DNA from: Paraspadella gotoi
Taxonomy: Eukaryota; Animalia; Chaetognatha
Assembly (NCBI GenBank): GCA_051294375.1
Contig: CM119268.1
Coordinates: 14,464,301 to 14,528,300, forward strand
DNA: 64,000 bases
Direction: 5' to 3'
In this document: positions 1 through 9,500 of the stretch, piece by piece
How the letters are laid out: each line of letters begins with the position of its first letter
Position numbering within the stretch: the stretch's first letter is position 1
The notes under the pieces: model-generated
Seen by the model: only the letters and a program-made list of their open reading frames with translations
Database searches by the model: none
Told to the model about the DNA's origin: nothing
Program-made: the position numbers and the translations under genes

Positions 1-79
<79 letters not shown>
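1..79. repeat. (AG)n microsatellite (representative of dozens in the window)
   Basis: Direct dinucleotide run; others e.g. 10047-10118, 19150-19340, 22381-22490, 46586-46672, 57375-57486, 57928-58078, 63460-63551. Confidence 0.98.
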
Positions 80-81
<2 letters not shown>

Positions 82-1074
82 CGGGCTCCAAAGAACTTCG
101 AATCGAAGGATGATGAAAAAAAGGGGGAAAAAAAGAACGACGACGTGGGAATCGATCGCGGGACCTTTTCTGTTCTTCGTCTAAAAAAAAAATCAGAAAA
201 AAAAGAATCGAAGGCGGATCACGTCTCATTTTTTTAAGAGTCAAACATCAAAAAGAAGAAAAAAATTGACGTCAGGTGTCGTTTTTCCTCTTTCGTCGAG
301 GAGGTGAGAAAAAGAGGATGAGAAGAAAAAAGTATTTTGGGAAAGGATATCGTGATATCGCGGCGAACTGGAAAATAAATTAGGGTTTTCACGCGAGACA
401 ACTATATCCTCGTCGTGTTTTGTTCAGTTGGTAAAATTCTGGCAATACTCTGTCTTAGAATACTGAATATTTGGAAGTTCTCCTGCCCAAGAGTTTTCTT
501 GTTGCAATTGCAAAACTGTCGTCATCTGATCGCGTTCGATGCGCGAGAGAAATAAATCGCAGAATCTCGAACATCGACGCATTCGGTTTGAGTCATCCAT
601 TGCTTTATTAAAAAAGCAAAGAAAATCAGAAACTAAGGAAGAAAAAGAAAAACGCAGGAAGAAAGAAAGAAAATAAAGAGAAAGAAAAAAAGAGAAAGAA
701 TCAGAAGAAAGAAAGGATATTAATAAAAAAGAAAGAAATATAAAAAAAATCCGTACATGAGTGAAGTCGAAAGATTGGAAAAAAACCGCTAGAGGAAATA
801 AAAGAAAATTAGAGAAAGGCCAGGAAGAAAAAAAAGAAAAAGAAAAGAGGGAAAGAAAGAGAGAAAGACCCGGAAAAAAGAAAAAAATAAAGAAGGTGGC
901 AGAGAAAAATCATTTAGGAGAGTCGAGGGAGCTGGAAAAGAAAGAGCAAAGAGAAGATGAAAGAGAAGAAGACTTNNNNNNNNNNNNNNNNNNNNNNNNN
1001 NNNNNNNNNNNNNNNNNNNNNNNNNNNNNNNNNNNNNNNNNNNNNNNNNNNNNNNNNNNNNNNNNNNNNNNNNN

Positions 1075-4000
1075 NCAGGCCCCGAAAGCAAAGAAGCCGG
1101 GATCAAATCCCACATCCCCCCCAGACGAGGAAGCCGAAGGAGACGAGGATATGTTCGTTTCACGGTTGGGCTTGATTCCATCGTTTTGCTGAAGGATGAT
1201 GTGTCGTAGGACGGCGCCGTAATCTGGGCGAGTCGCCGCGTTGGCGCCTGGGTGACAACAGGTGTCAGGGCGCTTTGCTCGAGGACGAGGGCGTAGGCCG
1301 GAACGGCGTCGTTGACGCGGCGTCGGAGATGGTATCGTACGTGATGGCACCGGTGGGCGTGGAGCTCGGGGAGACGTCGCCGCTGGGGTGGGCGTGGCCG
1401 GAACTTGTTCCTCTTGCTGTTGGGAATCTGTTTCCGTGCGGATTTGCCTCGGAGGGGAGACAACGCGACGTTGGCGATCTGGAGGGGGTGATGGCGGCGC
1501 CTGTGGCTCCGGGAAAGCTTCGTTTTGCGGGGGTTCGCCGTCGTCCTCGTCATCGTCGATGTTGGCCGGTTTTACTCTCGCTATAGCGACAGTCTCGATA
1601 CCTCTGCCGGGGATGTCGATTTTAAAATTCTGGCTATCTCGCGCTGTGACACGGAAGGGGCCCTCGTACGGGGCGGTGAGAGGCGGATTAATGCCGCCAC
1701 GCCGGATGAAGACGTGTGTCGACGTGGTGAGACTGTCCGGAAGGTGGACTCGAGGTACTCGGTGTCGGCTGGTGGGCGCCGGCTGGAGCCGCTCTACTTC
1801 GACTCTGAGCTCATCCCTGAGGCGACGACGAGCTTCTCTCTCTTCTGCCTCAGTTTGACTTGGGCCGAGGATGTCGCCAGGAACCGTAAGGGCATCTCCG
1901 TAGACCAGCTGGGCTGGTGAGGCGTCTACATCCGGTTTGATGGTGGTGCGGATGGCGAGGAGTGCTGAGGGAAGCCTCCAGTACCAGCCGTTTGGATTGT
2001 CCGTTGCGATTGCTATGAGGGACTCCTTGAGACGGCGATGAAATCTCTCGACCAATCCATTCGCTTCTGGATGGTAAGCTGTCGTTAAATGAAGCTTGCA
2101 GCCCCACGTCTTAGCGAGTTGCGTCCAGATGGTCGAAGAGAACTGTGAGCCGCGATCTGAAGTTATTTCGGCAGGAATGCCGAAAGACGCAACCCAATGA
2201 TGCGCGAAGGTGTCGGCAACGGTGACTGCTGTCATGTCCTTGATGGGTACTGCCATCGGCCATCTTGTAAATCTGTCGACGGCGGTGAGAAGATATGTGA
2301 ACCCATTTGATGAAGGCATTTTGACGAGGTCGACGTGTACGTGTTGGAAACGACGTGGTGGCACGGTGAACTCGCCAATTTCCGGAATAACATGGCGCGT
2401 CACTTTTGCGCGCTGGCAAGCGACGCATTCACGTGCCCAACGCGTCACGTCCGCACGCATTGAAGGCCAGACGAATTTTTCGGCCACGGCGTCTCGCGTC
2501 CGCGCAACGCCAGGGTGGCCGAGGTTGTGGATCGTCTGAAACACTTTTCGGCGCCAAGCCTCTGGAACGAACGGTCTTGGCGGGCCATTGGAGAGGTCGA
2601 CCACAATAGATTCGTCGCCGAGCTGAATTCGTCTAAAATGCAGTCCAGTGGCGGGATCTTGGGAGAGTCGACAAAAATCCCGGTCCAATGGCTGTTGGCG
2701 GGCCATTTCGCGGAGGTCGATGCCTTGATGCTGTACTGCTGATGCGACGAGGGCGAAATGTTCTGACTTCTCGGTGCTCAGAGGTCTGCTGGAGATGTCG
2801 GAGCCCTGATTTGGGCGCGAGAGGGCATCGGCCACAACATTGGCCTTTCCTTCGACATGCCTAATGTCCGTCGTATACTCGGAGATAGCCGAGAGTTGGA
2901 ATGTTTGACGGGCCGTTTGAGGTTCTGTTTTCTTGTGGAGGGCGTGGATCAAACTCATGTGATCCGTATAGAGAACGAATGCTCGGCCCTCCAACCATGG
3001 GCGAAAATGTCTGACGGCGCGAAAAGCGCCGTACAATTCCCTGTCAAAGGGTGGCCATTTCCGTTGGGCGTCGCTCAACTTGGCTGAGAAAAATGCCAAG
3101 GGCTCCCAGCCCTGTTGGCCACGCTGCTCTAGAACGGCTCCCACGGCGTGGTCCGACGCGTCGGTCGTCAGTGAGAGAGAGGCGCCGGTTTTGGGGTGGC
3201 GAAGAAGAACAGCGTTTGCCAAAGCCTCCTTGACGGCGTCGAATCCACGTTGGCAACTTGGCGTCCAATCCAAACGCCGCGGCTTTCCTTTTAGGGCGTC
3301 ATAAAGCGGTGTTGCATGATGTGCAACTCTCGGAATGAATCTACGGTAGTAGTTCACCATTCCGAGGAAACGTTGTAGTTCCTTGACGGTCGAAGGCGCC
3401 GTGGTCTGGCGAAGGGCGTCGACGCGCTGGGGGAGAGGTTTCACGCCGCTGGCGTCCACGTGATAACCGAGGAATTCCAGGGATTCCTGGCCGAGAATGC
3501 ATTTCTTCCTGTTGATTACGAGGCCGTTCTCCTGAAGTGCTGTGAAGACCTCTTCGAGATCCTTGGCGTGTTGGTCGTCGTCCTCGCTCGCTACCAGGAT
3601 GTCGTCAAGGTAGACGTATACTCGGGGCATGCCGCCGAGTATTTCATCCATGAGGCGCTGAAAGTCTTGGCCTGCGTTCTTCAGGCCAAATGGAGTTCGC
3701 AGGAAGACATACAGGCCGAAAGGCGTGATGACCGCCGTCTTTGGGACGTCCTCCGTGGCCACCGGAATCTGGTGGTAGCCCTTCAAAAGGTCAATTTTCG
3801 AGAAGACCTTTTTTCCAGCCAACTGGGCATTGAAATCCGCAAGTAGTTTTACTGGATATCGATCTGGAATCGTTTGTGCATTCAGTTGGCGGTAGTCGCC
3901 GCAAACTCGCCACCCTCCGTCTCCTTTAGGGACGCAGTGTAGTGGAGAGGACCATGGACTTTTGGCTCGAACGGCAACGCCCAGCTCCACCATTTTATCC

Positions 4001-4671
4001 AGCTCAGCCTTGGCCACCGCTAGCTTTTCTGGGGATAGGCGGCGCGCACGTGCTTGGCACGGGCGTCCTTGCGTCGTGATGTAATGACGAATCCCATGTT
4101 TAGGCTCTTTGATTTCAAATGTTGGCGTGCACAAGGCCGGATAGCGGTCGAGTAATTGGTAAAATTGGCTATCCTGGCCGGCGAAGTGGACATGGGAGAC
4201 TGTTTGGCCGTAGGCTCGAGAGCAGGTGATCGTCGAGTAGTCCTTGAGATCCAGTAATAGGCCGTCTCGATGGTTCGGGGCGAGGAAATATTGGGCGAGA
4301 AAATCTGCGCCCAATATACTTTGAGTGACGTCGGCGACTAACACTTCGAATGGAAATCTTCTAGGGCCGAGGGTGATGTCTTTCATCATGGTGCCGAAAC
4401 ATTCTATCGGCGTCCCGTTTGCGGCTTGAAGTTGCGGTCCTGAAGGGCCGGCGGCACGCTGCTCGGGCGTGGGAGGCACCAACGAAAGCATTGCGCCTCC
4501 GTCTATGAGCCAGGCTCGTCCGTCGCTGGCGTCGGCCACATGGAGAAGATAAGAGTCGCGTGGTGAATTATTGTTCTGGCGGGGAATGGCGTTCACCTGC
4601 GCCTTCCCGCCTGGCCGTTTCCCGGCTTGGTGGCGCGCTTTTCTCCATAGCGTGCGCAACCTTTTTCGCAT
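1075..4671 (-). CDS. pol: Pol polyprotein (protease, reverse transcriptase, RNase H, integrase), -1 frame to gag; probably entered by frameshift at 4617-4623
   Basis: PR LIDGGA...ILGADFL; RT KIDLLKGYHQI, PFGLKNA, YLDD; RH TDASD, RELY, TDH, ADALSR; IN H-H-C-C (HNLGH...CVAC), VDL, SDRG, VER and GPF motif (APYEGPF). End inferred: the 5' LTR copy shows TGA at the position equivalent to 1075-1077, so the track's extension to 910 is a gap artefact. Confidence 0.95.
1076..1114 (-). repeat. 3' LTR, first 39 bp only (remainder in the 100-N gap 976-1075)
   Basis: caggccccgaaagcaaagaagccgggatcaaatcccaca is identical to 6479-6517; begins TG on the minus strand directly after the polypurine tract. Confidence 0.9.
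1115..1122 (-). other. Polypurine tract
   Basis: Minus strand GGGGGGGA immediately 5' of the 3' LTR TG. Confidence 0.85.
4562..4623 (-). promoter_or_regulatory. Programmed -1 ribosomal frameshift signal (slippery heptamer plus predicted pseudoknot)
   Basis: G_GGA_AAC (4623-4617) in correct gag phase (P-G-N to G-K-R), 5-nt spacer, stem 4611-4578, loop GGTGAA complementary to downstream TTCACC (4567-4562). Confidence 0.85.
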
Positions 4672-5732
4672 CTATAGGCGGCGTCTCCAAATTTTAAATG
4701 GAATGAGCAAATTTGCTTGAGCCGCGAAGAGGTTGCGCCATCCGGTTTTCCAGCTGACTCTCGCGAGGCGCTGGAGGCGTGGTTCGACCTGGTTGAATTC
4801 TGAGGACGTTGGTCGCGGCGTCGATTTACCGCGTTGACTTCTGCGCGATCCTCATCCTCACTAGAGAGTGGGAAGTCGTCGTCACAATTGACGAGGTTGA
4901 TGGGCATCGCGGCGTTCTTGTAGAGCGGTTTGCCGGCCGCATCAAAGTGCTTATCGGCGATCGCGGCCAGCTCCGCGGCTGTGGACGATTCGGCGCGGTC
5001 GATGACGCTTGCTTTGATCGCTGGGGGAAGGCCTCTGATGACGAGCTCTTTCCTGATGTCATCGAGCGTCACCGTTGATGACTTCTCGATGAGGCGGGCC
5101 AGGTGTTGGGACGGTCTCATATCGTCGCGGGCAATCCTGGCGTCAAGGAGCATCTCAGCTTGGCGCCGCTTTGTTAAACCGTACTCGGCGCGGAGGTAGT
5201 CGATAAAAGCCGTCCATCTCACTTCAGACGGTTCTCCGTATAAGAACGCATTAATGCGCGGGTCGACGTCGACGGAGATCTTCGCCTCCAGGAAGGCGAA
5301 CTTATCCTTAGCTGCGATGACTCTCGCTCGCGTGTAGGCCGATTCTACCCGCCTGATCCAGATCTCAATGTTGTCGCGGTCGAAAGGCGGGAGATCTGGT
5401 TTCCTTGGCTTTTCTGAGCGAGCGAGCGCCTCCTGAGCGGCGCGGGTAGCGGCCATGGCGGCGTCGAGCGCTGCACGTAGGGATTCCACTTCCATTTGCG
5501 TTGGCGGAGCCTCTGCCATCGTCGCGGGGGCGTCTACAAAGATTTCCTGTGCAGTCGGAGGGAAAGCAAAGTTTCTCGCGGATTGTGGCGTCTGACGGGC
5601 CGCTGGGGGCGCCTCGACTTCTTCGGCGTGGATGTCGGGCGTTGGAGAGAGTCTGCCGCGGCGAGCTGAAGACGGAATTAAAAGCGACGCGGCTTGGGCC
5701 CTTGTGGTGACGCTGGGAACTGGTGGTGGCAT
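4593..5732 (-). CDS. gag: Gag, 379 aa, with CHCC zinc knuckle
   Basis: ORF starts about 110 nt after the PBS; capsid-like LPPFDRDNIEIWIRRVESAY...DKFAFL and MRPSQHLARL segments; C-terminal CSFHLKFGDAAYRCEKGC = CX2HX9CX3C. Start could instead be a downstream Met (MAEAPP). Confidence 0.9.
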   Translation of the reverse strand: MPPPVPSVTTRAQAASLLIPSSARRGRLSPTPDIHAEEVEAPPAARQTPQSARNFAFPPTAQEIFVDAPATMAEAPPTQMEVESLRAALDAAMAATRAAQEALARSEKPRKPDLPPFDRDNIEIWIRRVESAYTRARVIAAKDKFAFLEAKISVDVDPRINAFLYGEPSEVRWTAFIDYLRAEYGLTKRRQAEMLLDARIARDDMRPSQHLARLIEKSSTVTLDDIRKELVIRGLPPAIKASVIDRAESSTAAELAAIADKHFDAAGKPLYKNAAMPINLVNCDDDFPLSSEDEDRAEVNAVNRRRDQRPQNSTRSNHASSASRESAGKPDGATSSRLKQICSFHLKFGDAAYRCEKGCARYGEKRATKPGNGQAGRRR

Positions 5733-5845
5733 CGATCGAGTTGTTGAACGTCTTGACGCTGAGTTCCGGCGTCGCTGTGTTTAGTCTGACTCCAAGAGGT
5801 TGGTGGGCGTCTCGAGTATCGCTCGAGAGGCTCTAGTAGTTCGTA

Positions 5846-5858
5846 GTCGGGATTACCA
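5846..5858 (-). other. Primer binding site, tRNA-Trp-like
   Basis: Minus strand TGGTAATCCCGAC 1 nt after the LTR-terminal CA; 11/13 match to TGGTGACCCCGAC, the complement of the usual metazoan tRNA-Trp 3' end (recalled, not searched). Confidence 0.75.
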
Positions 5859-5859
5859 A

Positions 5860-6517
5860 TGTGGCGGACGGATACTAATAGCCACGTTCGTTAGAATCTC
5901 AAGTTTCATGAGTTCGTTCAAATAATAAAATGTTTCCAAGAACAAAAAATGTTTATTTGTTCAGTTGTAAAATAGACCTTAATAAAATAATCAAAGCATA
6001 TAGATATTCACTGCTTTTGTCAGCAAGCAATTAGAATACCTATATGTCTCAACAATGCAATAACAATTAATAAACATTATTAATTAGCTAATAATCATTA
6101 ACGAGTAATATTGATCTGAAGACTGATGTAGAACAAAATCCTTTGTGAAAAGGAAAGGAATCAGTTAAGGTAAAAATGGAAACAATAAAATTGCTACTAG
6201 TGTGATCTAGTATAACATAGGTAAATGATGATGATGTCCTTTTGTTTGGACATGATTATGTTAACATACTATCATAATACAATGTATTTGGAATATCTAT
6301 TGTTAGATGTTGAAGTGGTGAAAACCACTGGGTCATAGTTCTTGGATTATAAGTCCCGGGATCGAATCCGGGAGATGACTCTTTTTATTGTGATTCAATT
6401 AAATCGTTTTAGGGGAATATGTATGTAAAATAAGAGATTGTTTATTTACAGAGCTAATTGGTAATTTGTTCCCCTTCTCAGGCCCCGAAAGCAAAGAAGC
6501 CGGGATCAAATCCCACA
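5860..6517 (-). repeat. 5' LTR, 658 bp
   Basis: Bounded by inverted TGTGG...CCACA; abuts the PBS with a 1-nt spacer; its last 39 nt on + (6479-6517) are identical to 1076-1114 next to the PPT. Confidence 0.9.
5952..5957 (-). terminator. Candidate LTR polyadenylation signal AATAAA
   Basis: AATAAA on the element sense strand about 90 nt before the LTR 3' end; other AATAAA copies exist at 6383-6388 and 6441-6446, so the assignment is positional only. Confidence 0.4.
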
Positions 6518-9500
6518 TATTTCCTACGCGTCGCGGTCACTCAGTACTTTGTGGTAACAGTCCATTTACTTTCCAAGACAGAAGGGGAAGAGAGGAGCGG
6601 GGTAAGGCGATCCCGGGGTAAGGGGAAACCGGACTTATACTGAAGCGTCGGCGGGCCGACGTTTTTAATATTCATGACGGAGGAGGCATCGCAATTTGGT
6701 CGTCGATTTACAGAGATTTTCATGGGAGGGAAACTGGGAGAAGGGATGTGAGGTTGTTGACGAGATTCGAAAGAAGATATTTTTTTTTTCGGGTTGAGAA
6801 ACGAGTGATTTTCGGAGAAATCATTTTGATGGGGGATTTTTTTTTAGGCCTTTAAGGTGTCTCTGTGTCCGGCCGGGGTCGTCATACTTGCATTAAGTCT
6901 CTGATTTTCATTTAAACTGTCGATAAACAATTAAACAAAATAACAAAATAAACATTTAAACAACTTAGTGAAATGGCTTCATTCCCATCCCTCCTCCTAA
7001 ATCAATATCTCTGCCCGACTTCTATAACCACGTTCTCTGCCCGCCTCGTGTCTTACTTTGCCCGTCTTTCTCTCTTCCTCCACCGCCCTTCGACGACAAA
7101 ACCATTTCTCGTTTTCGTTGAGCGAAAAAAAAAACCCCGAAAAATCGGAAATAAGACTCGAGTTCAAAGTTCGACCGTAAACACAATACGGAGAGAAAGA
7201 TGAAATGATTCAGAAAATGGAAAAAATGAATAGAATTCCTAAAAAAAATATGGGAGGACGGAAGAAAACCTTAAACTGTGAGGAAGATTCTGAAGTTATC
7301 AATTTTATAAAACGAAAAGCAAATAGTGAAAGAATGAAATGGTTAAATAGTGAAATTCAAATGCGACATCTTTCGTTAAAATTTTCATGGTTTCTACCCG
7401 AGACACAGCGAGAGTTATCGCCAGTTATTCAGCATGAAACCCAAGCTGAATGGGCCAATCGCCCCCCTACAACACCCTCGTTGATAATAATCCGGTCTCC
7501 AATTTCACCACAAATTTTATTCATCCATTCTTCATTGGGTCTTTGATCTACAGTCCGGAAATCGGTCCTCTTCCACTGTAATGTCAAAGGAAATTGGCAT
7601 CCAACCGCAATGGGGTTCCAGCAAAAGTGGGTTAATTGGCTTTCAGTCAACATTGGCCAATCTCTTTTTCTATGTTTGGCAATGTTTGGTCTCTCATTGA
7701 TTCGGCATCCGGGCATCCTCCGATTGGTTTCCAACCAATCCTTCCAAGGTCAAAAGACAACGGAAAATCTCTCTTCAATCTCTCTGATCCAAGGTTTTAT
7801 TTTTTTTTTTGCGATGCCATTTGGGTTCAGACCAAACCCGGGGTCCTACGTTCCAAGTGGGGCATCGTTTCGCCATTACCCAAACGGCAACACACTGGTT
7901 TCTCTGGCTCTCCGTTTTCCTCCGTCAAAGGCCATATAACCAGTTAACCAGCGCCGAATTAAGCTACCTCTCTGGTTCACGACCCTCCCGGAGACCTTAC
8001 CTTCTCTGCTTACCACCTCCGCTACACAACCGCCACTCCTTCCCACACAACAGCCTCAATACGCCCCCACAACCGCACCCCTTCCCCACAACTGCCTCTT
8101 CCGCCCCCGTCCAAAGGTCCATAATCCGCCCATTATCGCCTCAGTAATAATCGGCAGAGTCGATATTCATTAGCCTCGCCGCATGAATCTTCTTCGAGTC
8201 AATTGCCGTTCCCCTGGGGGGGAGGAGGGGTTGTGGTGGGAGAGTAGGGGGGGAGTAGGGGGGGCGCGGTTGAAAGTAGACAGGGGAACGTGAAAAGGTT
8301 GGGAGGGAACTCGCGGGTTAGGGGATTGAACGGATGCGGCACGGAGGGCTTTAGGATCTCGAAGGTTGAAATATGGACGCTGCAGGGCTGAGACGTTGAG
8401 ATGGTGGTAACTAATGGTGATAACTCGGAGGTTACAACACACCCGTCGATTTATCATTTACGAAATGGAGTGAAAGGTGAGGAGGTCGGAAAAAGTTAAT
8501 TTATATTCACAACTCGGAAATTGTCTTACCTTGAGCTCTGTGTTTGTAAATGACATGATTTTAAATTTTTTTATTCCGGATACTAAAAAAACGTAATTAT
8601 TTTTTAATTTGCTGATGAGACTCGTAACACTAAGAGTCGAAACATGTACAATAATAAAAGTAAAAATTGCTATTACAACAATTTTAGTTTCATCTCTAAA
8701 CATAATTTAAAATTATAAAGTTTGTGGACCCAAAGAAATTAACTTTTCCTCGAAGAAGAGATATTTATTCGAATTGTTTATTTATCGCCAGAGATTGAAC
8801 CAGAAAGAGAGTTCCAGTCCAGCTGCAAGCCGCCCGCTGTTTTCGTTTTCGAGAAGGAACGATCGAGCGAGGCCTCGATTTTTTTCGGAGAAAACAGAAC
8901 GCGGCGAAGAAAAGCATTTACGATCGAGAGACAATGACTCGATTTACTTTCACGGTCACGATCGGAACTGAACCAAATGACGACTTATGAGAATGAGAAT
9001 AATCACTCTCTATCTCTCATTCTCATAGTAGAGGCATTTTAGCCGATCGGGATTTGATTATCTAAATTTATCAGTGTCGATCGAGCATTTCTTCCTCTCT
9101 CTCTCGCTCTCTCTCTCTCCTCTCTCATCTCTCTCTCTCTCGTCTGTCTCTCTCTCTCGTCTCTCTTCTTTCTCTCTCTCTCTCTCTCCTCCCCACGTCT
9201 CACTCGTTCTCTCCCCCTCTCACCACCTCTCTCCGCTCCACCCCCCAACCACCGAAAAAAAACCCAGTCGTCAAGCCGACCAAAAAGAAGTGGCCGCACG
9301 ATAAGCAATGAAACAATAAACAGCCCTCATGGCGCTTCCGCGAGTCGTCCGCGAGCCTGAGAAGCGTAAAAAAAAAGCCGAAACGCCGAAAAAGCCATCA
9401 ACCGATGTAGCGAAACAAAAAAGCCGCAACGAAAAAGGCAAAAAAAAAAAAAAAAAAAACAGAAGCTGAGAAGTACGAGAAACTGGCTGACGTAAAGAAA

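Larger units (their letters stand above)
1076..6517 (-). mobile_element. Ty3/Gypsy LTR retrotransposon, CsRN1/Kabuki-like clade, apparently intact (3' LTR truncated by assembly gap)
   Basis: LTR-PBS-gag-pol(PR,RT,RH,IN)-PPT-LTR order on the minus strand; integrase downstream of RT/RH is the Gypsy order; CHCC Gag knuckle and Trp-type PBS are typical of the CsRN1 clade; both ORFs uninterrupted. Confidence 0.95.

Noticed and set aside
910-1074. Pol ORF extension to 910 in the ORF track
   Set aside because: Reads through N gap; the 5' LTR copy shows the stop codon at the position equivalent to 1075-1077.
1275-5710. Many small + strand and alternative-frame ORFs overlapping gag/pol
   Set aside because: Expected shadows of a GC-rich coding sequence; no motifs.
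6116-6170. CTGAAGA followed by a stem, resembling a hammerhead ribozyme core (retrozyme-like)
   Set aside because: The stem is not followed by the required GAAA, and no stem I/III with an NUH site could be built.
6330-6381. Bona fide tRNA gene in the LTR
   Set aside because: No anticodon arm or proper D stem; only 52 nt. Kept as a tRNA-like finding instead.
7429-7950. Complex-looking ORFs on both strands next to the element (possible env or accessory gene)
   Set aside because: Outside the LTRs, interrupted by stops, no recognisable domain.
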